Part shown: positions 1 through 16,988 of the stretch, one piece after another
Layout: each line of letters begins with the position of its first letter
Position numbering within the stretch: the stretch's first letter is position 1
Position numbers and translations under genes: made by a program
Source: the human T2T-CHM13v2.0 reference genome, Homo sapiens
Strand: one strand, 5' to 3'
DNA: 64,000 nucleotides
NCBI RefSeq assembly: GCF_009914755.1
Contig: NC_060934.1
The notes under the pieces: generated by a model
What the model was told of the DNA's origin: nothing
The model's input: the letters and a program-made list of their open reading frames with translations, nothing else
Database searches by the model: none

Positions 1-847
1 AGGTTTTGTGTGTGTGTGTGTGTGGAAAGAAATAAACAAACAATACTGGCCTTAATAGGCTTAAGCATACTTTTCCTAACAGTGGCAGAATATGAACATC
101 CACAGAGGATTACATGAGCACCCGATTCTCATAAACTAAAGAAGAACTATTTGAATTCATCAGATGAAGTGTAAAATTTACAAATGGTAGCAGCTAATAC
201 CTAACTACGGGTTCTAAGAATCTCTTTGTATGAAAGCAGGACGCAAGGAAAACACATTAAATACGGGGGTTTGTCCTCCACATATCAAACCACAACCCCT
301 GTTCTTCCAAGGTTAACCCTTAGCTCTGTCCCCACCATCTGTCAGCTGTGGGAACTGCAAGTAATTAACTATTCAGACGCCCACAGCAATGAGGACACTC
401 ATTAGCAAAATGAACAAAGGGATCGTTCTGAGCTGCTACGGTGCTCTGTTACACTCTGAGTGGCAGGTTTTGTGGTGGTGTTCCTTCTGCCATCTGCCCA
501 CACTGCTAGTTTGTGTTTGCTTAAACCAGGAGACTTTTAAAAAATAAACTGCCTTAATAAAATGAGGTTAAGAAGGATGGAGATCATTAAAGGCAGTTAA
601 CTGGATGTAGCCGTTTAAACCACACTATAAGAGAGACTGTGTGCAATCCATGATCATTCTGGAATTTCAAAATTGTAAAGAAACTTACCAATCTCAAGTT
701 TTTCTTTCATATTATAAAAACTAGGGCTTCAGGTGGTGGCATATGTGCTATATCTTTTGTGAATATTCACAAGATGCATAGAATTACAAACTGAATCCCA
801 AATTGAATCTCGAAAGAATCATTTTTGAAAACAGGTGTACTTGGGAG

Positions 848-1012
848 CTTTGCTCCTCAAATGCGGTCCATGGACCAGGAGCCTCAGCATCACCTGGGAA
901 CTGATTAGAAATGCAGCCCCTCAGGCCCAACCCAGAGCTACTGTGTCAGAGTCTGCATCTAACGAGATCTGCAGGTGATGCATGTGAGCAGTAAAGTCTG
1001 AGAAGTCCTGCT
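848..1012. mobile_element. MER5A-like hAT-Charlie DNA transposon
   Basis: Matches the MER5A pattern cagcatcacctgggaa...ttagaaatgcag...aaagtctgagaa. Confidence 0.75.
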
Positions 1013-1361
1013 TCAGAGCACTTTCTGTGCCTTCTCAGCAGTTTCCCCTCCACAGGCTCCATTGAATTGGACATCTCAATTTTCTGGGGAGGAGCAGAGT
1101 TCTGATGCAAGCCCATGCCTCATGACAGTCACAGAGAAGAGCAGGTGCTTTCCCAATGAGTGACAACCAGGAAAGTGGCACTCTGGGCAGTGCAACCCTG
1201 CAGAGCTGCCACTCTTGAATGACAGCTCTGTTTCAGAGCTGTCAGCAACAAGCAGATATGCTCGCAATGGAAGGTAGGTGGGTGATGGTTGCAGGGCTCA
1301 TCAGTGTTGGGATAAGAAAAATAAAAAGTCTATTCAAAATGCCAGCTCCAATTGAAATTAA

Positions 1362-1427
1362 AACACATGCACAGGCACACACACACACACACAGAAACAC
1401 ACACACACACAGAAACACACACACACA
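1362..1427 (+). repeat. Interrupted (CA)n
   Basis: Directly visible. Confidence 0.9.
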
Positions 1428-3200
1428 ATTACAGAGACATAAAGGCTAACCTCCTTTATAAATTCTCAAGAGGATTAGCCAACGGACAGCATGGAAACCT
1501 GATGGCTACAATGGTATGCAGCTGAGTCACATTGATTTCCCACCGAATAAAACCTGAACATTTCATCCCTTGAATGAAGTTGCTCTTGGGAAAATTCGAC
1601 ATTCAGGATGTTCCCATCTGGAGATGAGAAATTACAACTACTTATTAATTATAAAGCTATTGAAGTAATTTGATAATCAGTAAGAGTAAACTAGATAACT
1701 GTAGATAAACTAAATAAAACTTGTTTATTTCACTTTTTTTTTCAACTTACTTCCACTGCTACTTTGAAATTTTTAATTGTTTTTCCAAATCCCGTGTTCC
1801 CAATCTAATTTGAGACTTGGTGTCCCAGGGGTTTTTAAAATACCACTAGAGGGGGCAGTTGAATCAGATGAAATTTCAAATAAAAAAGATCATCTAGAAC
1901 TTAAGGTTTTAGGAAAGTTTGTTCTTAGAGAATGTAGGAAAAAAGTGTGTTTCATTTTATTTGATATAAGCTATGACCTGCCTTTGTGGCATTCATGTCT
2001 GTGTTCTTGAAATGGTGACACGTATGCTTTCCATCACCCTCAGTCAGGAGGGGAGAGCAGAGCAGTCAGGAGGGGAGAGCAGACACGTATGCTTTGTCGG
2101 GGTCTCCAGGAGAAATCCATACACCCCGTTAATCAGAATCACCTCACCTTCCTCAAATATTAAGAGTGTTTACAGAAATTCTAATGTGCTCTTTGGGGAC
2201 TAACTACATTGGAATAACCAGAGTATTCTGGATGCCACTGAAAGCCAGAGAACAGCCTGCTTACATATGAGCCGGTGTGGCTCCCACCTGCTCTCCTTTT
2301 CACAAAGCCACAGCCCATCCTCACGCTTTCCCCAGAATGTCCAGCTGGGCCAGGTAACCAGCTGAAGAGAAAAGTTAGAGGTGTAAATATTTCAAGAGTA
2401 TAGGGAGCTGTCTTACCCAATTGGGGTGTTCTCAACAGTCCAGAGGTCTGTTTGGTACATTTTATGGAACATAAACGGATGGCCATAAGGATTTGTGCAT
2501 TTCCTTATAATACCTGAATTGATACATGAATATTTCTTCAAAGAACTTGAAGCAATTTACATTCAATACAGCAGGTGTTCTTATCATAACTCTCTAGTTT
2601 AGCCAGGCGGGTATCATGTTGCATTTCACAAATGGGAAATAAATGGATCAAAATTGCCTTGCCACATCTACACTGGATGTCTTTGGCCAAGGCAGGATTA
2701 AAAGCAAACTATTACAGTTTTTAGTCTTTTCTATTAAATTGTTTTCTTCAAAAAGTAAAAGTAAATGTAAACCCAAGAAAAGGTTTTTCAAAGGCAAATG
2801 CAAAAATTGAATGTGCTTCCTAGTCCAAGATATATACAAAAATTAATATTCAATTTTATTAGATCTATGCTATTGACACAATGCTGTATTGCTTAGAAGG
2901 TGCTCAATTTTTTCTAGATATAAAGATTTCTAATAGATTAACAAAGTAAACACCTAAAGCAAACATTTAAACCAGTTTAAATACGATCCTTTAGAATGGT
3001 TTGTGTTTGATTCATTATCTCTTATAACGTTGAAGTTTTAAATAAGAGTACTAGTGAGGGATTTAGATAAACCATAAATTGTATTCAAAGGCATGAGCAA
3101 CCCATAAGTGTTTCTTCCTAGTGTTAACATTTTGACATATAACTTTTCAGATTTTCCTGTATGCATGTGTCGATATTTCTATGTGTACTTTTTTTTTTTT

Positions 3201-3535
3201 GCAGTTGCAAGATTTAATAGAGTTAAATAGAGTGGAAACAGGGCTCCCATACAAAAGGAAGGGACCCAAAGAGGGTAGCCATTGCCAGCTCGAATGCCTG
3301 GGTTTATATCCCGATCATTGTCCCTCCCACTGTGCTCTTAGGCAACAGATGATTGGCTATTTCTTTACCTCCTGTTTTTGCCTAATTAGCATTTCAGTGA
3401 GCTCTCCTTACTATCTGATTGGTCTGGTGTGAGCTAAGTTGCAAGCCCTGTGTTTAAAGGTGGAAGCGGTCACCTTCCCAGCTAGGCTTAGGGATTCTTA
3501 GTCGGCCTAGGAAATCCAGCTAGTCCTGTCTCTCA
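3201..3535 (-). mobile_element. LTR17 U3-R (3' LTR) with TATA (3303-3308) and ATTAAA (3213-3218)
   Basis: Begins TGAGAGACAGGACTAGCTGG directly after the polypurine tract. Confidence 0.9.
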
Positions 3536-4240
3536 GTGCCCCTCTCAACAGGAAAACCCAAGTGCTGTTGGGGAGGTTGGCTGATGACCGCTCTAATTGC
3601 TTCCTGCTGAATTGGGGTGTACTAGGGGTCGTGCAGTTGAGATTTCCTCGGGAGGGGTGACTTTGATGTCATTAACATCGGAGCATGGGCTAGCAGGCTG
3701 GTCCAGGGGTCTGTGGTAGATCTTAGTCACAGACTGCATCTGGGGCACCATTTGAAGAATGATTTGTAGTTTTACAGCTTTGATTCTGGAAGAGACAAAC
3801 TTAACAAGGAGGTTAAAGATACAGGGATTGAAATGTATGGCCTGCAGTGCAGGGGATTATTTCTTTGGCACACTTTACAGGCCTTGACTATCTGCTTGAT
3901 AGTTTTGAAAAGGCCTGGTCCAGTAAATAATAATTTGGCCACCTGATGGGTGCTATTAATGCCTAAGTGAAAGGTTTGGTGAAGGGTTTTAAGTAATTTC
4001 CATTGGTTAGCTGCAGGCAAAAGTATTTTTCCTTCTTCCATGGCTAGCCATCCTGAGGGAAGGCAACTATGTCCTCGTGAGGTTCCCCATTCTATTTCTT
4101 CTTCTGAGTACTGGGGCTTGCTTTCCTGGAGGGGATTACCCCATACTAGAGGTCCCCTTCTATAAGCATTTCTAATGGAGGGTCCTTCCTTGTGGCTGTT
4201 TTGGCTTCAATATCTTCTTGGTGGTTCCTTTCTATTTCCC

Positions 4241-4299
4241 TTTCCTTTCCTTTCCTTTCCTTTCCTTTCCTTTCCTTTCCTTTCCTTTCCTTTCCTTTC
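4241..4299 (+). repeat. (TTTCC)11-12 microsatellite inside HERV-W pol
   Basis: Directly visible. Confidence 0.95.
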
Positions 4300-5001
4300 T
4301 GATGACCCCACCAGTCTAAGACTGCCACCTCTTTAGGTTTCTGTACAGCCAATAATATTTCCCTAATGGCTTCCTGATGTTTGATAGGTGTTCCCTCGGA
4401 AGTTAGGAATTCCCTTTCTCTCCATATTGCTGCATGGGCATGGAGGACTAGGTAAGCATACTACTCTGTATATATATTCACCCTTTTTCCTTCTCTTAAT
4501 TCTAGTGCCCGAGTGAGGGCTATTAGTTTTACCAGCTGAGCACTAGTTCCTGGAGTGAGGGGATTACTTTCAAGTACTCCATTATCACTGACAACTGCAT
4601 ACCCCGCTTTTCGAAGTCCTTTTTCTACAAAGGAACTTCCATTAGTATACAAGTTGAGGTTGGGATCAGTCAAGGGAACCTCTAAAAGGTCCCCCTGAGC
4701 GGCATAGGTTTGAGCAATTACTTGTTGACAGTTATGTTCTATCTTTTCTTCTTTGTCTGGAAGAAATGTGGCTGGGTTAAGAGTTGCACAAGTGCGCAGT
4801 CGCAGCACTGGCCCTTCAAGTAATAGAGCCTGATATTTAAGTAAACAGTTGTCTGACAGGCACAAGTCTCCTTTAGCAGTGAGTAAGCCATTCACATCGT
4901 AAGATATCCACACAGTAAGATCTCTTCCCTGTATTATTTTAACTGCTTCAGATACTAAGACTGCTACTGCCACCACTACCCGTAAACAATGAGGCCAACC
5001 C

Positions 5002-5338
<337 letters not shown>

Positions 5339-6479
5339 TCAATTTCCTTACTCAGGTATGCCACAGGTTGCAAGCTCATCCCTCAGACCTGTGTGAGGAC
5401 TCCTAGAGCTATTCCTGTTTTTTCTGTGACATATAAAGAAAAGTCTTGCCCCATTGGCAAGCTTAACACTGGGGCTTGGGTTAGGGCTTTCTTTAGGGCC
5501 TGGAAAGCCACTTCTGCTTCAGGTGTCCATCTTACTAAATGGGTATTGGCTTTCTGAGTTTCCTTAATTAGTGTATATAATGGTCTGGCTATTTCGCCGT
5601 ACCTGGGAATCCATATTCGGCAGTTCCTGTTATGCCAAGGAACGCTCTTAGTTGCTTCAGGGTTTTGGGATAAGGATAAGCCAATATAGCCTGGATACAT
5701 TCCTCACTGAGGGTCCTGGTGCCTTTGGATAATTTTAGCCCTAAGTATTTAACCTGCTGTGAGCAGAGCTGAGCTTTTGGTTTGGAAACCTTGTAGCCAC
5801 AGGTAGCAAGGAAATTTAAGAGCACCTGGGTGGCTTGATGACACAAGGTTTCTGAATGGGCGGCTAAAAGTAAATCATCCATGTACCGAAGGACAACAGT
5901 GTCCAGGTATGAGAACTGGCTCAAGTCTTGGGCTAATAGTCTTGGGTGCCTGGCCAAATAGATGGGGGCTATTCCTGAACCCTTGGGGTAAAACAGTCCA
6001 GGTGAGTTGAGACATTGGGTTTGAAGGATCTTCAAAGGCAAACAAGAATTGAGAGTCAGGATGTACAAGGATGCAGAAAAAGGTATCCTTAAGGTCCAGG
6101 ACTGTAAACCACTCTGCTTCCTCTGGTATTTGGGAAAGCAGAGTAGAAGGGTTAGGTATAGCTGGGTATAGAGGAACAACAGACTCATTGATAATCCTGA
6201 GATCTTCCACTAACCTCCACTGTCTGTTGGGTTTCTGTACTCCTAAAATTGGAGTATTGCAGGGGCTATTGCATGGTTTTACTAGGCCTTGGGCTTTTAG
6301 GTCCTTAATCTTTTGGAGTCCTTGTTGGACCTTGGGTCTAAGGGGGTACTGCCTTTGGTAGGAAAAGGAGGCGTAATCCTTTAGTTTAACTTGAACAGGA
6401 CAGGCATTCTTTGCTCGTCCATATTGTCCTTCTGTTGCCCAGACTTCAGGATTAGTTCCTTCCTCAAGCAGGGGACAAC

Positions 6480-8165
<1,686 letters not shown>

Positions 8166-8551
8166 GGGTCAGAAGGAAAGGTAGGGGTGCACGCATGGGC
8201 GACTGTTGAGTAGAAACTTCTGGCTGTGCCATGATCTCAACCGGCTACTGCCAGGAGTTTGGGATGACAGGTTTCTGCCTCTAGTCGGCCCTCGGCTTCC
8301 CCAAGAAAATTGAAAGTGGAAGCTGGCTCCAGGCAGACCAATATCCCCAACCCAGAAGTGTTGGGGGTTGTTAGAAAGCCCTTCCCCAGACAGCCTCACA
8401 CCTGAGTCTTAAGTCCGGTGGTCACGCTAATCGTTTTTAACTGTCCGACAGGTGCCCGGTATTTTCCTCCAATTCTAAGGATAGGACAGAATAGCAAGCG
8501 AAAGTGGTCCCAATATTACTCATCGCTTTGGAGGTCCCATGTGGGTCACCA

Positions 8552-9190
<639 letters not shown>

Positions 9191-10307
9191 TCTATGTGTA
9201 TTAATCTATTAATAATTATTAATGTATTATAATATATCATATTATAATATATTATGATAACATAATCTATACATTATAATCTGTACATTTTCTATATGCA
9301 TATGTATATTATATATTCACTACAACCTTTAATTCTTACTGTAGAGGATAAAGCTCCCCCTCTGTAAGTGGACTTTAGATTCAGGTGAACCTTGGTTCAT
9401 GTACCATCTTTACCATCTACTACGTTTGCCCATGAGGAAGTTACTTAACCACCCTGTCTCTGCCTCTTCATCTGCAAACTGAACTGTGAGAATGAGAAGA
9501 GATGCCATCGATGAAGTATCTGATACCTGCTATTGCTATTCAATAGACTTTTATTCCTCCTGGGTCCCAGCATCTGTTAGCCTTTCCAAATCAAACAATC
9601 AGCTTCTTGTTCTTAGAACTTAAGAATAAAATCCTCTCCAGCTCTGGACCATGGTTGGGCCTGGGACATCCGGTGGCTCAGAGCAGACATGAGATGACAA
9701 TGAATTCGTTCTCAGGATCCACATTTTCCAAAGCCCTTAAACTTCCTCCTTGACAGGAGTTTAGGTTCTTCTTTCTGCCTTCTCAGTCATTCCATTTTTG
9801 CTCCCATCAGTAGTTTGTCTAACCAGTAAAGCAGCTCCTGGCTCCCACTGCAACAGGAAAAACTGAGGGGAAAATCCTCTGGGATTTTTCTTCTTGATAT
9901 TTTTATTTAAATGTCATTCTGTTCCAAGTTGGCTTCTTGGAAGCTCTGGCTTGGAAAGATTAGCTTTGTGTCTTTCAAACTACTTTGACTGCAAAAAAAG
10001 GTGGGAGTCTTCGGTTACAACAAAAATCCACTCCCACACTCTTCTAGAGTAGGACATTTTTTGCAGTGGGAGGTAAGTTATTTTATTTCCATTTAAACAA
10101 AAATTGTATTTTTAATTTTATTGCTCCTATTCATTATATTGCTCCTATTCATATTGTTATGGGTTTTCTAGAATAGGCCATTGAGCAGAAAAGAGTTAGA
10201 CTGGCTTATATTATGGGGAGATGCCCAAAATGCAGCAATTGGATTTTAATTTATCATTAACTCAAGCTTTTAACTATTTATGACTTTATTTATGTATATT
10301 AAAATTA

Positions 10308-10487
<180 letters not shown>

Positions 10488-10505
10488 CTAGGGACAAAAA
10501 AAAGC

Positions 10506-10584
10506 AGCATTAAAAATTAGACACTAAGCATTAAAAATTAGGCACTTACACTAAATTAGACACTCAGCATTAAAAATTAGACAC
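10506..10584. repeat. Degenerate ~20-bp tandem repeat (agcattaaaaattagacact), about 4 copies
   Basis: Directly visible, just upstream of the exon-5 acceptor. Confidence 0.8.
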
Positions 10585-10789
10585 CACCAGAAAACATTTC
10601 ATCTTTTAAGCTACTGTTTTGTGAAGGTTATTTTTGTAACCTGCATACAATTTTAGTAAGCAACTTTATTTATATTGAAATATATGCTTAAAAAGTATTA
10701 CGCACTATGTAGCACAGTGTTATCCTATAAAACACAAAGCATGGTCAGTTACTCTTACTGTATCAGCCATGTAAACTACAATAGTAAAG

Positions 10790-12384
10790 AGCGAGATGGA
10801 AGATTAGGAGAACGTCTACTCAACAAGAATTTGGCAGCCATCCGTGGACAAAAGTTCCCTTGAGGGAGATTTGGGACCTGGATAGAAGACTGCAAAACTC
10901 TAGTGGAGCCCAAGACTGAGGAGGGCTGTTTTGACTGGCAGGCTGCACCTAGGTGGCAGGCTCACTGACCATGGTCCCAGCTACAAACCCAGAAATTGCT
11001 TCATTGCCCTGTGGACTTGGTCCTGCCTCTAGAACCATCTGCCAAGAAATCCAGGAGGAATCACATTCACCTGTACCTCTGGTGACAAGCCCACAGGCCT
11101 CAGTCTCAGCTGTGGATCCTGAATCAGCTCTGTAACTCAACCAAACCCACTTTCAGCTGCAGTTTGAGACCAGTCCTGCCTGCCCAGGCACCTGCTGGGA
11201 GTCATGCCTATTTGTGCCTTCAGAAGCAGGTTGGCTGACCTCAGTCTCACAGCAGATCTTGAAACAGCCCTTTAACTTGGTCCCAGCCCTCTCAGCTGCA
11301 GTCTGAGAGCAGTCTTGCCCACCCAGGGGCTTGCTGAAAGCTATGCCTTTCTGTGCCCCAAAGGCAGGCCCACTGATTTTGATTCCACTGCAGATCTTGG
11401 GGTGGGCCTGCAACCTAGTTCTGTCCCTTCCTAGCCTTCATCCAGAAGCAGTCCTGTCCACCCAGAGATCTGCCAGGAAACATGCCCATCAATGCCTCTG
11501 GAGGCAAGCTGCTGACCTCAGTCTGATGGAGAAGCCTGAAGTAGCCCCGTGACCCAGCTCGAGCCCACTCAGCCATGGTCCAGGAGCAGTCCTGCTTGCC
11601 CAGGAGCCTGGCAGGAGGCACACCTTTCTATGTCTCTGGAGGCATGTCTGCAGACCCCAGTCTCAGTGTAAGCCATGAAGCAGCCCTGTAATTCCCTTCA
11701 AGCTCCTGTCAGCCATGGTCCATGGCCACTTCTCCTTGCCCAGGTACCAACTCAGTAACCCAGCAGGAACACTACAAGGGACCTGAAGGAATACACACTC
11801 ATCTGTGTGTCTGGTAACAGGCCCACCATCTGCAAACCCAACTGTGAAACCTGAAGAATCTTCTTTACCCAGCACCAACTCTACAGACTAAGGTCCTGGA
11901 AGCAGTTTATTCTTTCCAGGGGCCAGACAGGATCCAAGCCTGTTCAAGCCCCTAGTAATAGGCCCACTAACATGGTCCCCATTGCAGACCCAGCAGCAGC
12001 CACGTAACTCGGCTGCAACCCTACTCAACTGCAATCCTGGAGGCAATCTTATCAGCTTAGGGACCCAAAAGAAGAAAATCTTTACCTACCAAAACCAGTC
12101 TGTAATGACTGGAGGAAGTGTCTGCTCATCCAAATGCACAAACACGAACATAAGGCTATATAGTTAGTGAAGAATCAGGCAAACATGACACTCTCAAGAA
12201 AATGAATACAGTTCCAGTAACTGACTCCAAAAAAATGGAGATCTGCAAATCATTTGATAAGTAAATCAAAATAATTATCTTTAAGAAGCTCAATGAGACG
12301 CAAGAGAACACAGATATGCAGTTGAACAAATCAAGAAAAACAATGCATTAACAAAATTAGAAGTTTAATAAAGCAATAGTAAAT
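10790..12384 (+). mobile_element. Old L1 (L1M-type) 5' UTR plus ORF1 start
   Basis: Degenerate internal repeats followed by A-rich ORF1-like sequence (aagaagctcaatgagacgcaagagaacacaga). Confidence 0.6.
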
Positions 12385-12523
12385 GCTAGGCATGGTGGCT
12401 TGTGTCTATAATCCCAGCTACTTGGGAGGCTGAAGCAGGTGGATCACTCGAGGCCAGGAGTTTGGGACCAGCCTGAGCAACATAACAAGACATCCTTCTG
12501 TAAAATTTTTTTAAAAAGAAAAG
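12385..12523 (+). mobile_element. Alu left monomer (FLAM-like)
   Basis: Left arm only. Confidence 0.8.
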
Positions 12524-13920
<1,397 letters not shown>

Positions 13921-14613
13921 GGTAATAATAGTAAATCCTAATAGTAAATTGACATCACGATTTGTGAATATCCTACTTTAATATTCCTCTAGAAGGGAAG
14001 ACAGTAAAAATTTGAATATGTAGAAAAGGAAGTAAACATCAATGGTGCAACTAATTGCCTCAATAGACTGGAATGGAGATGTTGAAAGAAGTAATACACC
14101 TTGACATCTTGTTTTAAGCATTTAGATGCTTCCTATCTGCATTCATTACTCTGAAGAACTATATTACAAAACCAAAAAAAGGATGAAATGCTTTAAAAGT
14201 GGATAATGTTACTTACTTCCAGCATTTAAAAATCTTATTTTCAACACTGTTATGCAAAACCTGTGGTTTAGTTTGGACTCTTTTTGAAATTATAAAGAAA
14301 CCATTTGATTCTTTGTGTGTTTGTTACTAATATATTTGGGTACATACAACATACAGGAAATATAGCAAAACCTAGTAATATCTGCTAATATACTTAATGT
14401 TATATTTCAAAAGAGTTAGATTTGTAAGCTCAAATTGTCCTAATATGATGAATACCAGCAGACTAAGAAGAATAATATATGAAGGTGGCTATGAACAGCA
14501 CTGGCATAATCTATACAGTATGAAAAAATGAATGTACAGTAGAATTAAAAAGAGTGAAAAAGAATACTCCATATGACAATATCCAATATCAGCTTTTAAA
14601 ATTTTGTGATTTT

Positions 14614-14942
14614 ATTTATTTAGATTTTTTATTTAGTTTTTTTTTTTTTTTTTTAAGACAGGGTCTCACTCTCACCCAGGCTGGAGTGCAGTGATGCAAT
14701 CGGCTCACTGCAACCTCCGCTTTCTGGGCTCAAGTGATCTTCCCACCTCTGCCTCCACCTCTGCCTCCAAAGTAGCTGAGACTTCAGGCACATACCACCA
14801 TGCCTGGCTAATATGTGTAATTTTTTTGCAGAGACAGGGCTTTGCCACATTGCCCAGGCTGGTCTCAAACTCCTGAGCTCAAGGGATCCGCCTGCCTCAG
14901 CCTCCCAAAGTCCTGGGACTACAGAGCCACCGCTCCTGGCCT
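14614..14942 (-). mobile_element. AluJ-like
   Basis: Antisense dimer with TSD aaattttgtgatttt. Confidence 0.88.
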
Positions 14943-15679
14943 TAAATTTTGTGATTTTTAAACAAGAGTATTGATTATGTATATCTAGTCTTTACATCTA
15001 TTCTTACATATGTCTACAGCTCAAACACTCTGCTAAGGTCAACACACATTTATTCTACTAGGGCCCTTAAGTGTTACTAGGCATTACGTATCCAACAGAT
15101 CCAAACAGAGTTCAACACCTTCACTGTCATCCTTTCTGCGTCCCCTTATTAACAGCAGCATAAGCCAGAAACCCATTTTAAGCCCCTTCTTCTCTTTCAC
15201 GAACTAATCAAACTTGTTCGATCTACCCCTAATTCTGTACCAAACCTCGTCACCTTCTTTCCTGTTCCACTACAATCTTCGTACTTGCCTTGTTCACCTG
15301 GATATTGTAAAAGCTTCTTAAAACTAGCCTCCCTGCCTCTTGTTTTGTCACTTCCCTCCAATCTTCATCCAGTAGCCAAATAACCTTTCTAAAATACAGC
15401 TCTCCCCATCTCCTCCTACGGGCTAACATCCAACTCCCTTAGCCTGGTATACAAAACGGCAGCCTTCATGATCTGCTGCCAACTTACCTGGCCAGCATCT
15501 CATGCCAGTCTTCTCTCCTCTTTCTTCACCCAAACTGGGCATTTTATCAATACTGATACACTCGGCATCCAACTTCTCAGAAACACCACGTTGCCACAGG
15601 TCTCTGTGCCTTTGTACTTGGAGTTCCCTCTTAGCCGACCCAACAAACTTTTGCTTGTCATTCTAGCAGAATGGTATTA

Positions 15680-15870
15680 GAGTGGGATAGCCTGAGTCTG
15701 CAGACCAGCTCTGTCAGCTTGGGACCTTGAACAAGTTTCTTAAACCCCGAGTGTCTCAGTGTTATCATTTGTAAAATGGGACTATTAATAATAATACCTG
15801 AATTGTGAGAATTAAATAAGATAATGCATGTAAGCAATTTTGGATAGTGCCTACAACAAAGACAGCCCCC
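15680..15870 (+). mobile_element. MIR
   Basis: MIR core accttgaacaagtttcttaaac...tgtaaaatggg. Confidence 0.7.
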
Positions 15871-16094
15871 AGTAAGTATTATATCCCAGCATTTAGTCCT
15901 GTTGTGGCTATTTTTCATTCAAATCCAGATGCCACCTGCTCTGGAAACCTTAGCACCGGTCTCCCACCCACCCACCTTCCACCCCTATGTCCTTTCTCTA
16001 TCCTGTGAACACTCTTCTTGGGGTCACTTTATTATTTGCTTACTTTCTAACTAATTTTTATGTTCTGAATAGGTTGGGTTTATTTTACTCTTAA

Positions 16095-16570
16095 AAAAGA
16101 TACCTGCGCTTATATGTTTATTGCAGCACTATTCACAATGGCAAAGTCATGGAACCAACCTAAATGTCCATCAATGGTTGATTGTATAAAGAAAATGTAA
16201 TATATTAATATATATATCATGGAATACTATGCAGCCATTAAAAAGAATGAAATCATGTCCTTTGCAGTAACATGAATGGAGCTGGAGGCATTATCCTAAG
16301 CAAATTAATGCAGGAACAGAAAACTAAATACCACATGTTCTCACTTCTAAGTGGGAGCTAAACAACGGGTACACATGAACATAAGGACGAAAATAATGGA
16401 CACTGGGGACTCCAAAAGGGAAAAAGGTGGCAGGGAGACTAGGGTTGAAATATTACCTATTGAATACAATGTTCAATATTGGGGGATGGATATACTAGAA
16501 GCCCAATCCTTACCATTATGCAATATACCCATGTAACAAGCATGCACATATACCCTCTGAATCTAAAACA
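16095..16570 (+). mobile_element. L1 (L1PB/L1MA-like) 3' fragment
   Basis: Typical L1 3' end sequence. Confidence 0.85.
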
Positions 16571-16886
16571 GAAGTTTTTAAGCCAGCAAAACAAAGATTG
16601 CATGACAGCGCAGAAACCAATGCACTAAAAATTATGAGAAAGTGATGCAGGCTGTTTAGGGAATGATGTTCTGACTGGTGCCAAGTCATCTTCATCAGAG
16701 CATGTCACGGAAGTGCCCTGGGAAACTCATTTAAAATCTCACCCAGGTACCACACTGAGAGGTGCTTGAGCCAGCCTGCCTTCTGGATGGGCTCGGCCAC
16801 TCTGGACTTCAGGACAGGGAGGGCCACAATTCTTTGGAAGAACAAAAAAGTTTTACTTTTACATGCTTCCTAACCTTGTTTTATTA

Positions 16887-16988
<102 letters not shown>

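Noticed and set aside
1843-1858. CTCF-like CCACTAGAGGGGGCAG
   Set aside because: Two extra Gs break the register of the core at a key C, so it is not supportable without ChIP data.
1-3170. Search for C10orf67 exon 6
   Set aside because: I found no open, splice-flanked segment continuing the coiled-coil frame, so the next exon presumably lies left of the window.
3550-3856. Syncytin-like env gene
   Set aside because: Only a ~30-bp SU island and the TM tail remain, so there is no env ORF.
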